From positions 7,878-71,877 of the forward strand of contig CAZOSA010000001.1 in assembly GCA_964582155.1 (NCBI GenBank): 64,000 nucleotides of DNA, given 5' to 3'. The notes below the pieces were generated by a model. That model was not told the DNA's origin. It did not search any database and was given only the letters and a program-made list of their open reading frames with translations. Positions 34,499 to 45,512 of the stretch are shown piece by piece. Each line of letters begins with the position of its first letter. Positions within the stretch are counted from its first letter, which is position 1. Origin of the DNA: an uncultured Enterobacteriaceae bacterium (GTDB taxonomy: Bacteria > Pseudomonadota > Gammaproteobacteria > Burkholderiales > SG8-39). Both the position numbers and the translations under genes were made by a program.

Positions 34499-35712
34499 CG
34501 CCGCTATCCGTGCGCGATGCCACCCACGGACCTTTGGGCCTGGTGCTGCTCGGCGCCACGGGCTCGATCGGTGCCAGTACCCTCGACGTGGCATCGCGCC
34601 ATGCCGACCGATACGCCGTCCAGGCGCTGACTGCGCACAGTTCGGCCGAGCGCCTGCTGGAGCTTTGCCGGCAGCATCGGCCGCGCCGCGCCGTGCTTGC
34701 GGGCTGCGCGGAAGACGACGTGCTGCGCCGGCGCTTTGCCGAAGTCGGATGCGAACTGCTGTTCGGCGCGCAAGCGCTTGAGGAAGTGGCGGGCGCGCCT
34801 GACTGCGACGCCGTGATTGCCGCGATCGTGGGGGCGGCCGGCCTGCCTGCCACGCTGGCCGCGGCGCGCGCCGGCAAGCGCCTGCTGCTTGCCAACAAGG
34901 AAGCGCTGGTCATGGCGGGGCCGCTGTTCATGCGCGCGGCGCGCGAGGCGGGCGCCGCGTTGCTGCCGATCGACAGCGAACACAATGCGGTGTTCCAGTG
35001 CCTGCCTCGGGACGGCAGCGGGGTAAGCCTGCGCGGCGTGCGCAGGATCCTGCTGACCGCGTCGGGAGGGCCGTTCCGCACCACGCCCATCGAGCGCCTG
35101 CATGGGGTGACGCCGCAGCAGGCGTGCGCGCACCCCAATTGGGTCATGGGGCGCAAGATTTCCGTCGATTCCGCGACAATGATGAACAAGGGGCTGGAAG
35201 TCATCGAGGCGCACTGGCTGTTCGGCCTGCCGGCGAAAGCCATCGAAGTTGTGATCCACCCGCAGAGCATCGTGCATTCGCTGGTCGAGTATGTCGACGG
35301 CTCCTTGATCGCGCAACTCTCCAACCCCGACATGCGGGTACCGATCGCGCATGCCCTCGGCTTTCCCGACCGGATCGAGTCCGGCGCGCGGGCGCTCGAT
35401 CTCGGTGCGGTGAGCCAGTTGTCTTTCGAGCGACCGGACCTGGCGCGGTTTCCGTGCCTGGCTCTCGCCTATGATGCATTGCGCGCCGGTGGCACGGCGC
35501 CCGCAGTGCTGAACGCCGCGAACGAAGTCGCGGTTGAGGCGTTCCTGGCGGGCCGCCTGCGTTTCACGGCGATCGCCCAAGTGGTCGAAGACGCGCTGGC
35601 ACGCGTGGCCGGCGGGACCGGGGAGGAGCTCGACGGCATACTTGAAGCCGACGCACGTGCCCGGCGTGCGGCTGCGGAAGTCGTAAACCGTCTCCTGGGA
35701 CAGGCTGCGTGA
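34495..35712 (+). CDS. dxr: 1-deoxy-D-xylulose-5-phosphate reductoisomerase
   Basis: [20 protein letters not shown] motif, LANKEALV and PIDSEHNA. The TTG start overlaps the cdsA stop (TTGA). Confidence 0.94.
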   Translation: MTPLSVRDATHGPLGLVLLGATGSIGASTLDVASRHADRYAVQALTAHSSAERLLELCRQHRPRRAVLAGCAEDDVLRRRFAEVGCELLFGAQALEEVAGAPDCDAVIAAIVGAAGLPATLAAARAGKRLLLANKEALVMAGPLFMRAAREAGAALLPIDSEHNAVFQCLPRDGSGVSLRGVRRILLTASGGPFRTTPIERLHGVTPQQACAHPNWVMGRKISVDSATMMNKGLEVIEAHWLFGLPAKAIEVVIHPQSIVHSLVEYVDGSLIAQLSNPDMRVPIAHALGFPDRIESGARALDLGAVSQLSFERPDLARFPCLALAYDALRAGGTAPAVLNAANEVAVEAFLAGRLRFTAIAQVVEDALARVAGGTGEELDGILEADARARRAAAEVVNRLLGQAA

Positions 35713-37073
35713 CGCTGCTGCACACAGTCCTCGCGTTCATCGTGGCGCTGGGCGTGCTCATTGTGGTGCACGAGTATGGCCACTACCTTGTCGCGCGACT
35801 GTGCGGTGTCAAGGTGCTGCGCTTTTCGGTGGGATTTGGGCGCCCGTTGGCGTCCTGGCGGCTCGGCCATGATCAGACCGAGTGGGTCATCGCCGCCATT
35901 CCGTTCGGCGGCTATGTGAAGATGCTGGACGAGCGAGAGGCGCCGGTGCCGCCTGCGGACCTGGACCGTGCTTTCAACCGGCAGAGCGTTGGCGTGCGCT
36001 TTCTGATCGTCATCGCAGGGCCCTTGTTCAACTTCCTGTTTGCGATTGCAGTGTATGCCGGCCTTTACATGCACGGGCTGCCGGAAGCGCGGCCGGTGGT
36101 GGCGGAACCGCCGCCTGCAACGCTCGCTCGCGCCGCCGGATTTCGAGGCGGCGACCTGGTGCGCGCGGTCGACGGGCGGGAAGTGTCGACTTGGCAGGAC
36201 CTGCGCTGGCGCGTGGTGCAGGCCGCATTGCAGCGCCAGCAACTGAGCGTCGAAGTCATCAACGAGCGCGAGCAGATATCGACGTTGGTATTGGATTTGA
36301 GCGGCTTGCCGGTTGCGGAGGTCGAAAGCGACGTTCTGGAGCGCATAGGCCTGGGACTTTTTCGCCCGAAGCTGGCGCCTGTTCTCGGACAGGTGGTCCC
36401 CGGCAGTGCCGCGGAAAAGGCGGGGCTTGCCGCAGGCGACAGGATAACGCACGCCGAAGGCCAGGCGCTTGCAACCTGGGACGACGTGGTGAAAGCAGTG
36501 CGGCAAAGGCCGCAGCAGCCTCTGCGTTTGGGCATCGAGCGTGCAGGCGTGAGCATGCAGGTCGAAGTGACACCGGAGGCGGTCTCCGTGAACGGAGCAC
36601 GGATCGGGCGCATCGGGGCCGCGCCAGAGATTCCCGCGTCGCACGCCCAGAGAATTTTTGTGGAGGTTCGCCACGGCCCGCTCGCCAGCTTGACGCACGC
36701 CATCGCCAAAACCTGGGACATCTCCGTGTTCAGCTTGAAGATGCTGGGCATGATGCTGGTCGGAGAGATTTCCTGGAAATACCTGTCGGGTCCGGTGACG
36801 ATCGCCGATTTTGCCGGACAGTCCGCCCAGCTGGGCTGGATACCCTACGTCACCTTCCTGGCGCTGATCAGCATCAGTCTTGGCGTGCTCAATCTGCTGC
36901 CGATCCCGCCGCTCGACGGGGGCCACCTGATGTACTACCTGTTCGAGCTCATCAAGGGCAGCCCCGCTTCCGAGCGCGCCATGGACCTGGGGCAACGCGT
37001 GGGCATCGGCCTGCTGTTGATGCTGATGGCGTTCGCGTTCTACAACGATCTGACCCGGCTGTTCGCCGGCTGA
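35709..37073 (+). CDS. rseP: RIP zinc metalloprotease RseP
   Basis: [14 protein letters not shown] HExxH motif, PDZ region, and [13 protein letters not shown]. The GTG overlaps the dxr stop (GTGA). Confidence 0.94.
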   Translation: MTLLHTVLAFIVALGVLIVVHEYGHYLVARLCGVKVLRFSVGFGRPLASWRLGHDQTEWVIAAIPFGGYVKMLDEREAPVPPADLDRAFNRQSVGVRFLIVIAGPLFNFLFAIAVYAGLYMHGLPEARPVVAEPPPATLARAAGFRGGDLVRAVDGREVSTWQDLRWRVVQAALQRQQLSVEVINEREQISTLVLDLSGLPVAEVESDVLERIGLGLFRPKLAPVLGQVVPGSAAEKAGLAAGDRITHAEGQALATWDDVVKAVRQRPQQPLRLGIERAGVSMQVEVTPEAVSVNGARIGRIGAAPEIPASHAQRIFVEVRHGPLASLTHAIAKTWDISVFSLKMLGMMLVGEISWKYLSGPVTIADFAGQSAQLGWIPYVTFLALISISLGVLNLLPIPPLDGGHLMYYLFELIKGSPASERAMDLGQRVGIGLLLMLMAFAFYNDLTRLFAG

Positions 37074-37087
37074 GACCGGACCTGCCG

Positions 37088-39373
37088 ATGCACATGCGCC
37101 TGGTCGCGGCGCTCGCTTGGGCGTTGCTGGTCGCGACCGGGGCGGCGCAGGCTCAGTCTTTTCGCCCCTTTATCGTCAAGGACATCAGGGTCGAAGGCGT
37201 TCAACGCACTGATCCGGGCACGGTGTTCAGCTATCTGCCGGTCAAGGTCGGAGAGATGCTCACCGAACTGAAGGCGCAACAGGCGTTGCGCGCCTTGTTC
37301 GCCACGGGATTTTTCAAAGATGTACGGCTGGAAACCGAAAACGACGTGCTGGTGGTCCGGGTCGAGGAGCGCCCGGCGATCGCGCAAGTGGATTTTGCCG
37401 GCGTCAGCGAGTTCCAGCCCGACGCCCTGAGACGCGTGCTGCGCGACCTGGGCCTTGCCGAAGGCCGCATCTTCGACCGCTCCGCGCTGGACCGCGCCGA
37501 GCAGGAGCTCAAGAGCCAATACCTCTCGCGCGGCAAGTACGCCGCCGAGGTGCAGACCACCGTCACCCCGCTCGAGCGCAATCGCGTGGGCATCAGCTTC
37601 GCGGTGATCGAAGGCGAGGTGGCGAAAATCCAGGGCATCCATATCGTCGGAGCCGGCGCGTTCGCGGAACAGGAGCTGCTCGACTTGTTCGTGCTGCGCA
37701 CCCCAGGCTGGCTCACCTGGTATACAAAGCACGACCAGTACTCGCGCCAGCGGCTGGCCGCCGACCTGGAAACACTGCGCTCCTATTACCTGGACCAGGG
37801 CTACCTCGATTTCAACGTCGAATCGACCCAGGTGTCGATCACGCCGGACCGCAAGGACATCTACATCACGATAAACGTCGTCGAAGGCGACAAGTACACC
37901 GTGTCCGACGTGCAGCTTTCGGGGCAGCTGCTGGTGCCGCGCGAGGAGCTGGAAAAGCTGATTCGAATCAAACCAGGCGACGTGTTCTCGCGCCGCAAGC
38001 TGACGGAGTCCACGAAGGCGATCAGCGATCGCCTGGGCAACGACGGCTATGCCTTCGCCAATGCGAACGCAGTGCCGCAGGTGGACAAGGCAAAGCGCAC
38101 GGTCGCCTTCACCATCCTGCTGGACCCGGGTCGGCGCGTATATGTGCGCCGCATCAACGTGGTCGGCAACACCAAGACCCGGGACGAGGTGGTGCGGCGC
38201 GAAATGCGCCAGCTCGAGGGAGCGTATTACGATGCGTCCAGGATCCAGTTGTCGCGCCGGCGCGTCGATCGCACCGGTTACTTCAGCGACGTGAGCGTTG
38301 AAACGGCGCCCGTCGAGGGTTCGCCCGACCTGGTCGACGTGACCTACACGGTCGAAGAGAGACCCACCGGCGCCCTGATGGTCGGCGTGGGCTTCTCCTC
38401 GGTCGACCGCCTGATTGTCTCCGCGTCGATCACGCAGCCCAATGTTTTCGGCAGCGGCAAGTTCCTTTCTCTCGAGGTGAACAGCGGTACCGTGAACAAG
38501 GTCTACGCCTTGTCGTACGTCGATCCGTACTACACCGTGGACGGCGTCAGCCGGGGATTCGACGTCTACAAGCGCAGCGTCGATGCCTCGACGCTGACCA
38601 TCGGCGCTTACAAGACGGATACGATCGGTACCGGGATCAAATTCAGCTATCCGGTGTCCGAGCGCGATACGGTGAGCTTTGGCGCCAGCATGGAAGACGT
38701 CGAGCTGCAGACGTTCACCAGCAGTGCGTTCGCCCACAAGGATTTCGTCGCCAGTTTCGGCAATCAGTACAGGTACGGGTCCTTGACTACGGCGTGGACG
38801 CGCGACACCCGCAACAGCCTGATCCTTACTACGGAGGGCGGGCTGTCGCGCATCAGCGGGGAGTTCTCCGGAGGCGACCTGGAATACTACCGGCTGGGAT
38901 TCAATCAGCAGTTCTTCCAGCCGCTTGGCCGGACGTTCACGCTGTTCCTGAACGGCGACATCGGTTACGCGAGCGGCCTGGGAGGCAAGCCCCTGCCGTT
39001 TTTCAAGAACTACTATGCCGGCGGTCCGGGAACGGTGCGCGGGTACAGGGATTATTCGCTCGGCCCGCGGGACCCGGAGGGCAACTCTTTGGGCGGCACG
39101 CGGCGTATCGTTGGCAATATCGAGCTCCTGTTCCCGGTCCCCGGCGCGGCGCAGGACAAGTCGCTGCGCTTGAGTACCTTTGTAGACGCCGGGCAGGTCT
39201 ATGCGCTGGGCGAAAAGCTGTCGTTGTCGGAGCTGCGCTACTCGGCAGGAGTGGCGCTGTCCTGGAGTTCGCCGCTGGGTCCCCTGCGGCTGTCGTTAGC
39301 GCACCCGCTCAACGAGCGCAAGGGGTTCGATCGCGTGCAGAGGTTACAATTCAAATTTGGCACCACTTTCTGA
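37088..39373 (+). CDS. bamA: outer membrane protein assembly factor BamA
   Basis: ATG 37088 inside ORF 35882..39373. Signal peptide MHMRLVAALAWALLVATGAAQA, POTRA repeats, and a C-terminal beta-barrel ending RLQFKFGTTF. Confidence 0.95.
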   Translation: MHMRLVAALAWALLVATGAAQAQSFRPFIVKDIRVEGVQRTDPGTVFSYLPVKVGEMLTELKAQQALRALFATGFFKDVRLETENDVLVVRVEERPAIAQVDFAGVSEFQPDALRRVLRDLGLAEGRIFDRSALDRAEQELKSQYLSRGKYAAEVQTTVTPLERNRVGISFAVIEGEVAKIQGIHIVGAGAFAEQELLDLFVLRTPGWLTWYTKHDQYSRQRLAADLETLRSYYLDQGYLDFNVESTQVSITPDRKDIYITINVVEGDKYTVSDVQLSGQLLVPREELEKLIRIKPGDVFSRRKLTESTKAISDRLGNDGYAFANANAVPQVDKAKRTVAFTILLDPGRRVYVRRINVVGNTKTRDEVVRREMRQLEGAYYDASRIQLSRRRVDRTGYFSDVSVETAPVEGSPDLVDVTYTVEERPTGALMVGVGFSSVDRLIVSASITQPNVFGSGKFLSLEVNSGTVNKVYALSYVDPYYTVDGVSRGFDVYKRSVDASTLTIGAYKTDTIGTGIKFSYPVSERDTVSFGASMEDVELQTFTSSAFAHKDFVASFGNQYRYGSLTTAWTRDTRNSLILTTEGGLSRISGEFSGGDLEYYRLGFNQQFFQPLGRTFTLFLNGDIGYASGLGGKPLPFFKNYYAGGPGTVRGYRDYSLGPRDPEGNSLGGTRRIVGNIELLFPVPGAAQDKSLRLSTFVDAGQVYALGEKLSLSELRYSAGVALSWSSPLGPLRLSLAHPLNERKGFDRVQRLQFKFGTTF

Positions 39374-39389
39374 AAAACTCGGGATCCGC

Positions 39390-39908
39390 ATGCGGCTAGT
39401 CCACGCAGCATTTGCAATCGCGCTTGTGCTGGCGGCAGCAGCGCTGCCGGCGCGCGCGGAGGGGGAAAACCGCATCGGCTTCGTCAACACCGCGCGCATC
39501 CTGCGCGATGCTGCGCCGGCAGTGCGCGCCCAGAAGAAGATCGAAGCGGAGTTTGCCAAGCGGGACCAGGAGCTCGCCAGGATCGCCGATCAGGTCAAGC
39601 GCATGCAAGACGAGTTGGAGCGGCAGGGCGTCACGATGTCGGAGAGCCAGCGCCGCGCCAAGGAACGGGATTTCAACGATCAGAACCGGGATTTCCAGCG
39701 CCGCCAGCGCGAGTTCCGCGAGGATCTGAACCAGCGGCGCAATGAGGAACTGGCGCTGGTGGTCGAGCAGGCGAACCGCGTGATCCGGCAGATCGCCGAG
39801 CAGGAAAAGTACGACATCATCTTCCAGGACGCCGTTTACGCGAACCCGCGCATCGACATCACCGATCGCGTGATCAAGGCGCTCGAGGGCAAGCCGCCGG
39901 CGCGCTGA
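39390..39908 (+). CDS. skp: periplasmic chaperone Skp (OmpH family)
   Basis: ATG 39390 gives signal peptide [23 protein letters not shown] followed by a charged coiled region. Located between bamA and lpxD. Confidence 0.88.
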   Translation: MRLVHAAFAIALVLAAAALPARAEGENRIGFVNTARILRDAAPAVRAQKKIEAEFAKRDQELARIADQVKRMQDELERQGVTMSESQRRAKERDFNDQNRDFQRRQREFREDLNQRRNEELALVVEQANRVIRQIAEQEKYDIIFQDAVYANPRIDITDRVIKALEGKPPAR

Positions 39909-39909
39909 G

Positions 39910-40950
39910 ATGCCGGGCCCGCTTTCCCTCGGCGAGATTGCGTCCACGCTTGGCGGGCGCGTGGTCGGCGACGCCGCGGTGCTGATCGAGCAGGTCGGCT
40001 CGCTGGAGCACGCGGGCGCGCGGCACATCGCCTTCCTCGCCAGCCCGCGTTACAAGGCACGGCTGGCAGATACCCGGGCCGGCGCGGTCGTCCTGGCGCC
40101 GGATGCGGAAGGGCTCACGGCGCTGCCGCGCATCGTCTGCGACGATCCGTACCCGTACTTCGCGCGCCTGTCGCAACTATTCAATCCACTGCCGGTGCCG
40201 CTACCCGGATGCCACGCCGCGGCGCGGATCGATCCTGGTGCCCGCCTGGCGCCGAGCGCGCGCGTCGAGGCTGGCGCGGTGATTTGCGCCGGCGCCGACA
40301 TCGGCGAGCGCGCGTGGATCGGGGAGGGCTGCTACGTCGGCACGGACGCGGCGATCGGCGCCGACAGCCGGCTTTTTCCTTCGGTGGTGGTTTATGCGGC
40401 CTGCCGCATCGGCGCGCGCGCCATCGTGCACTCAGGTGCCGTCATCGGCGCGGACGGCTTCGGCATGGCGCAGGAGGGAGGGCGCTGGCTCAAGGTCCCG
40501 CAGATCGGCCACGTGCTGATCGGCGACGACGTCGAGATCGGCGCCAACACCACCATCGACCGCGGTACGGTGGATGACACGGTCATCGAGGACGGCGTGA
40601 AGCTCGACAATCAGATTCAGATCGGCCACAACTGCCGCATCGGCGCGCACACGGCGATCGCCGGGTGCACGGGCGTGGCGGGCAGCGCGCAAATCGGGCG
40701 GCGCTGCACCATCGGCGGCGCGGCGATGATACTCGGCCACCTCAGCATCTGCGACGACGTGCACGTTTCCGTAGCGACCGTGATTTCGCGCTCCATCCGC
40801 AAGCCCGGCACCTACACCGCCATATACCCTTTCGACGACAATGCCTCCTGGGCGCGAAATGCCGCGCTGGTTCGACATCTGGCGGAACTCGCCGATCGTG
40901 TGCGCGTGCTCGAGAAGCGCGCCAAACCGAGGAAGAAGAACGATGTCTGA
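39910..40950 (+). CDS. lpxD: UDP-3-O-acylglucosamine N-acyltransferase
   Basis: 346 aa with hexapeptide repeats, upstream of fabZ-lpxA-lpxB. Confidence 0.93.
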   Translation: MPGPLSLGEIASTLGGRVVGDAAVLIEQVGSLEHAGARHIAFLASPRYKARLADTRAGAVVLAPDAEGLTALPRIVCDDPYPYFARLSQLFNPLPVPLPGCHAAARIDPGARLAPSARVEAGAVICAGADIGERAWIGEGCYVGTDAAIGADSRLFPSVVVYAACRIGARAIVHSGAVIGADGFGMAQEGGRWLKVPQIGHVLIGDDVEIGANTTIDRGTVDDTVIEDGVKLDNQIQIGHNCRIGAHTAIAGCTGVAGSAQIGRRCTIGGAAMILGHLSICDDVHVSVATVISRSIRKPGTYTAIYPFDDNASWARNAALVRHLAELADRVRVLEKRAKPRKKNDV

Positions 40951-41395
40951 GATGGATACGCTGCAAGTCCTCGAGTACCTGCCGCAGCGCTATCCGCTGC
41001 TGATGATCGACCGTGTGCTCGAGTGCGAGCTGGGCAAGCGCATCCTGGCGCTGAAGAACGTCACCATCAACGAGCCGCACTTCACCGGGCACTTCCCGGG
41101 CCGGCCGATCATGCCCGGCGTCATGATCCTGGAGGCCATGGCGCAAGCCTCGGGCATCCTGGTATTCCGCACCCGCGGCGCCCCGCCGGACACGAATGCC
41201 GTCTACTACTACGCGGGCATCGACAAGGCGCGCTTCAAAAAGCCGGTGGTCCCGGGCGACCGCCTCGAGATCGAGGCGACCATCCTGGCGCACAGGCGCT
41301 CGATCTGGAAATTTTCCTGCGTGGCGCGCGTGGACGGCGCCATCGCGGCGGATGCCGTGATTCTGTGCACCGAGCGCATTCTGGGGCAAGGGTGA
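40943..41395 (+). CDS. fabZ: 3-hydroxyacyl-ACP dehydratase FabZ
   Basis: ATG 40943 overlaps the lpxD end by 8 nt. [13 protein letters not shown] and [11 protein letters not shown] motifs. Confidence 0.95.
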   Translation: MSEMDTLQVLEYLPQRYPLLMIDRVLECELGKRILALKNVTINEPHFTGHFPGRPIMPGVMILEAMAQASGILVFRTRGAPPDTNAVYYYAGIDKARFKKPVVPGDRLEIEATILAHRRSIWKFSCVARVDGAIAADAVILCTERILGQG

Positions 41396-42174
41396 GCGCA
41401 GGGCAGGTGCATCCCACCGCCATCGTTCACCCGCGGGCGCGCCTTGCGCCGGACGTCGCGGTGGGCGCCTACTCGATCATTGGCGAGCGGGTCGAGGTGG
41501 GCGAGGGCAGCTGGATCGGCCCCCACGTGGTGATCGAGGGCCGCACGCGCATCGGGCGCAACAACCGCATCTTCCAGTTCGCTTCCATCGGCGCGCCGCC
41601 GCAGGACAAGAAGTACGGCGGCGAGGACACCGCCGTGGAGATCGGCGACGGCAATACGTTGCGCGAATACGTCACCATCAACCGCGGCACGGCCCGCGAC
41701 GCCGGGGTCACCCGCGTCGGTGACGACAACTGGATCATGGCTTACGTGCACTTCGCGCACGACTGCCAGGTCGGCAGCCACACGACCTTCGCCAATTTCT
41801 GCGGGCTGGCGGGCCATGTGTCTGTGGGCGACTGGGCGATCCTCGGCGGCGCCACCCTCGTGCACCAGTTCGTACATGTCGGCGCGCACAGCTTCACCGG
41901 CATGGGCGCCTACCTGGCCCTGGATCTGCCGCCCTACGTGATGGCGGCGGGGAACATGGCCAAGCCCTACGGCATCAACAGCGAGGGACTGCGGCGCCGC
42001 GGCTTCAGCGCCGATACCATTGCCCGGATCAAGCGCGCGTACCGCACGCTCTATCGCTCGGGGCTGGGGCTGGAGCAAGCCAAGCGCGAGCTTGCTGCGC
42101 AGGCAGATCAATGCGCGGAGGTCGGTATGCTGCTGGAGTTCCTCACGCGCTCCCGGCGCGGTTTGATCCGCTAG
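41392..42174 (+). CDS. lpxA: acyl-ACP--UDP-N-acetylglucosamine O-acyltransferase
   Basis: GTG 41392 overlaps the fabZ stop (GTGA). VHPTAIVHPRARLAPDVAVGAYSIIG hexapeptide repeats and a C-terminal helical domain. Confidence 0.94.
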   Translation: MSAGQVHPTAIVHPRARLAPDVAVGAYSIIGERVEVGEGSWIGPHVVIEGRTRIGRNNRIFQFASIGAPPQDKKYGGEDTAVEIGDGNTLREYVTINRGTARDAGVTRVGDDNWIMAYVHFAHDCQVGSHTTFANFCGLAGHVSVGDWAILGGATLVHQFVHVGAHSFTGMGAYLALDLPPYVMAAGNMAKPYGINSEGLRRRGFSADTIARIKRAYRTLYRSGLGLEQAKRELAAQADQCAEVGMLLEFLTRSRRGLIR

Positions 42175-42178
42175 AGCC

Positions 42179-43339
42179 GTGGGCGAACGAGCAACCCGCG
42201 TCGCCATGGTGGCGGGCGAGGCTTCCGGCGACCAGCTTGGCGCCCACCTGATCGCCGCCCTGAAGGCGAGGCGACCCGAGCTGCACTTCGGCGGCATCGG
42301 CGGCCCCCGCATGGAGGCGCAGGGCTTCGATGTCGCGGTGCCGATGGACAAGCTGGCGGTCCGCGGCTACTCGGAAGTGCTGCGCCATTACCGCGAAATC
42401 ATGCGCATCCGGCGCCAGCTGGGCGACGCGCTCCTCGAAGACCCGCCGGGCCTGTTCATCGGCGTGGACGCCTCGGACTTCAACCTGGATCTCGAGCGGC
42501 GGCTGAAGGACGCGGGCATCCCCACGGTGCACTATGTGAGCCCTTCGGTCTGGGCCTGGCGCGGCTGGCGGGTACGGCGCGTGGCGCGATCCGCCACGCA
42601 TCTGCTGGCCATGTTCCCCTTCGAGCCCGCGCTGTACGAGAAAACCGGGCTGCCGGTGACCTACGTCGGCCACCCGCTCGCCGACGTGATCCCGATGGAG
42701 GTGGACAAACCGGCGGCGCGCGCGCAGCTGCGTCTGCCGTCGCGCAAGCTGATCATCGCCTTGCTTCCCGGCAGCCGGCGCTCGGAGCTCGAGTACATGG
42801 CCGAACCCTTCGTGCTCGCCGCGCACCGGCTGCGCCAGGAGATTGCCGACGTGCATTTCGTCTGCCCGCTGGCGACGCGCCAGACGCGTGACCTGTTCGA
42901 GGCGACGCTGCACGCCCATGAGCGCACCGACCTGCCGCTCACGCTGCTCTTCGGCCACTCGCACGAGGCGCTTGCCGCGGCGGACCTTGCGCTGGTCGCA
43001 AGCGGCACGGCGACGCTGGAAGCGGCGCTGTACAAAACGCCGATGGTCATCACCTACCGCCAGTCGCCGCTCTCCTGGGCGTTGCAGCGCCACATGCTTT
43101 ACCTGCCGTATGTGGGCATGCCCAATATCCTTGCCGGAGAGCCCCTGGTGCCGGAACTGGTGCAGGGCCAGGCGACCCCCGCCGCGCTGGCCGCCGCGCT
43201 GCTCAACCTGCTGCGCGACACGGCGCTGCAGCGCAGACAGGTCGAGAAATTCCGTGAGTTCCACGCGCTGCTGCGGCAGAACACGGCGGAGAAGGCGGCA
43301 AACGCGGTCCTCGGCGTGCTCGACGCTGGCCGTGCCTGA
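42179..43339 (+). CDS. lpxB: lipid-A-disaccharide synthase
   Basis: [19 protein letters not shown]-terminus; 386 aa. Confidence 0.93.
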   Translation: MGERATRVAMVAGEASGDQLGAHLIAALKARRPELHFGGIGGPRMEAQGFDVAVPMDKLAVRGYSEVLRHYREIMRIRRQLGDALLEDPPGLFIGVDASDFNLDLERRLKDAGIPTVHYVSPSVWAWRGWRVRRVARSATHLLAMFPFEPALYEKTGLPVTYVGHPLADVIPMEVDKPAARAQLRLPSRKLIIALLPGSRRSELEYMAEPFVLAAHRLRQEIADVHFVCPLATRQTRDLFEATLHAHERTDLPLTLLFGHSHEALAAADLALVASGTATLEAALYKTPMVITYRQSPLSWALQRHMLYLPYVGMPNILAGEPLVPELVQGQATPAALAAALLNLLRDTALQRRQVEKFREFHALLRQNTAEKAANAVLGVLDAGRA

Positions 43340-43904
43340 GCGCCTCATCTGCGGGGTGGACGAGGCAGGCCGCGGGCCCATCGCCGGACCGGTATTCGCG
43401 GCCGCGGTCATGCTGGACCCGCAGCGGCCCATTGACGGGCTGAAGGACTCGAAGCTTCTGGCGCCGAGGCGCCGCCAGGCGCTGGCCGAGTCGATCCGCA
43501 GCAAGGCGCTGGCGTGGGCCGTCGCGAGCGCCAGCGTTGAGGAAATTGACCAGCTCAACATCCTCCATGCCACGCTGCTGGCGATGCGCCGCGCGGTGGA
43601 GGGCCTTGCGGTAACACCGTACGAGGCCTGGATCGACGGCAATCGCTGCCCCGCGCTGGGCTGCGCCGCGCGGGCGGTGATCGGCGGAGATCGCAGTGTG
43701 CCGCAGATTTCCGCGGCGTCGATCCTCGCCAAGACCGCGCGCGACGCCGAGATGCTGCGCCTGCACGACCGGTACCCGCGTTACGGCCTGGACCGGCACA
43801 AGGGGTACCCGACGCCCGAACATCTCGCACGGCTCGCTCGCTACGGCGCCTGCGAGATCCACAGGCGCTCCTTTGCCCCGGTGCGACAGGCGCTCGGCGC
43901 ATGA
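43332..43904 (+). CDS. rnhB: ribonuclease HII
   Basis: GTG 43332 overlaps the lpxB end by 8 nt. [16 protein letters not shown] and DSKLL motifs. Confidence 0.92.
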   Translation: MPERLICGVDEAGRGPIAGPVFAAAVMLDPQRPIDGLKDSKLLAPRRRQALAESIRSKALAWAVASASVEEIDQLNILHATLLAMRRAVEGLAVTPYEAWIDGNRCPALGCAARAVIGGDRSVPQISAASILAKTARDAEMLRLHDRYPRYGLDRHKGYPTPEHLARLARYGACEIHRRSFAPVRQALGA

Positions 43905-44692
43905 GTACGCTGCGCTCGCGAGAAAACCCGCGCGTGCGCCGGTGGCGCGCCCTGACGCACGACGCCCGCTTGCGGCGCAGCGAGCGCTGCGCCCTGCTCG
44001 AAGGGCCGCATCTGGTCGCCGCCTGCCTCGATGCCGGCGCACGCCCGAAGGCGCTCCTTGTCAGCGAATCGGGCCTCGCGAAGCCGGAAATCGCCGGCCT
44101 CGTGCGCCGCGCGGCGCTCGACCCGGTCACCCTGCCTGACGCGCTGTTCCGATGGGTGGCGGATGCGGCAACGCCGGCCGGGCTCGCCGTGGAGATCGAA
44201 CTGCCCGGTACCGCGCCGGGCCCAGGGGCCTCGCGGCACTGCGCTTTTCTCGACGGCGTGCAGGATGCCGGAAACGTCGGTGCGATATTCAGGAGCGCGG
44301 CGGCCTTCGGCGTGGACACGGCTGTGCTGGGACGCGGCTGCGCCGATCCCTGGTCACCGAAGGTGCTGCGTGCCGGGATGGGAGCGCACTTCCTGCTGCG
44401 GATCGTCGAAGCCCCCGACCTCGCGGCGGTCCTGGCGGAATTCCGCGGCACCTTGATCTGCGCAACTGCGGCTGGAGGCCAGGCACCGGCCTCGCTGGAC
44501 CTTACTGGCGCGGTGGGGTGGATTCTTGGGGCGGAGGGGCAGGGCGTCAGCGACGCAGTCGCGGCGCGCGCCCGGCTGCGCGCCAGTATCCCGCTGGTCA
44601 AGGGCGTAGAGTCGCTCAACGTGGCCGCGGCCGCGGCGATCCTGTTCCACGAGCGGGCGCGGCAGTTCAGTACACGTGGCGCTCGATCCTGA
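43901..44692 (+). CDS. TrmH/SpoU-family RNA 2'-O-methyltransferase
   Basis: SpoU domain motifs [29 protein letters not shown] and [15 protein letters not shown]. The ATG overlaps the rnhB stop (ATGA). Confidence 0.85.
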   Translation: MSTLRSRENPRVRRWRALTHDARLRRSERCALLEGPHLVAACLDAGARPKALLVSESGLAKPEIAGLVRRAALDPVTLPDALFRWVADAATPAGLAVEIELPGTAPGPGASRHCAFLDGVQDAGNVGAIFRSAAAFGVDTAVLGRGCADPWSPKVLRAGMGAHFLLRIVEAPDLAAVLAEFRGTLICATAAGGQAPASLDLTGAVGWILGAEGQGVSDAVAARARLRASIPLVKGVESLNVAAAAAILFHERARQFSTRGARS

Positions 44693-45491
44693 GCTCGCGC
44701 AGGATGGTGGTGGCGATTTCCTCGATCGACTTGGCGGTGGAATTGATCCAGCGGATGCCCTCCCGACGCATCAACTTCTCGGCCTGCTCGACCTCATAGC
44801 GGCAGTTCTCCAAGTCGGCGTAGGTGCTGCCGGGCCTGCGTTCCTGACGAATCTCACGCAGGCGCTCCGGCGCAATGCTCAGGCCGTAGAGCCGCGCCTT
44901 GCAGGACAGCAGCGCGGGCGGCAACTGCCGGCGGTCGAAGTCCTCGGGGATCAGGGGATAGTTCGCCGTCTTCAAGCCGAACTGCAGCGCCAGGTAAAGG
45001 CAGGTCGGCGTCTTGCCGCTGCGTGATACGCCGACCAGGATGACGTCGGCCTGTTCGAGTTCGCGGTTCGAGGCGCCATCGTCGTGCGCCATGGAGAAAT
45101 TGATGGCCTCCATGCGGTGCGCATACCCCGGCTTGTCCATGGCGCTATGCGAGCGCCCGATTGTCTTGTTGGACTTCACGCCCAACCCGGCCTCCAGCGG
45201 TTCGATGAATGTTTCGAAGAAGTCCACGAACAACGCGTCGGCCTTGCGCACCAGCGCACGCAGTTCGCCGCTCACCAGCGTCGAAAACACGATCGGCTGG
45301 CCGTGGCCGTGGTCGCGCTCCGCCTGGATGCGCGCCCGGCAGTCCTCGGCCTGATCGGCGGAAGTGACGAACGGCAGGGTGACCTGATGAAAGTCGACGC
45401 CCTCGAACTGCGTCAGCAGACTGTGGCCCAGGATCTGCGCCGTGATTCCCGTGCCGTCGGAGATGAAGAACACGGTGCGGCGCTGCGGCAT
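44667..45491 (-). CDS. ppsR: PEP synthase regulatory protein (bifunctional kinase/pyrophosphorylase, DUF299)
   Basis: VFFISDGTGITA N-terminus and P-loop GVSRSGKTPT. Divergent from ppsA. Confidence 0.93.
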   Translation of the reverse strand: MPQRRTVFFISDGTGITAQILGHSLLTQFEGVDFHQVTLPFVTSADQAEDCRARIQAERDHGHGQPIVFSTLVSGELRALVRKADALFVDFFETFIEPLEAGLGVKSNKTIGRSHSAMDKPGYAHRMEAINFSMAHDDGASNRELEQADVILVGVSRSGKTPTCLYLALQFGLKTANYPLIPEDFDRRQLPPALLSCKARLYGLSIAPERLREIRQERRPGSTYADLENCRYEVEQAEKLMRREGIRWINSTAKSIEEIATTILRELRIERHVY

Positions 45492-45512
45492 GGCGGATAA
45501 AATATCAGGGAA

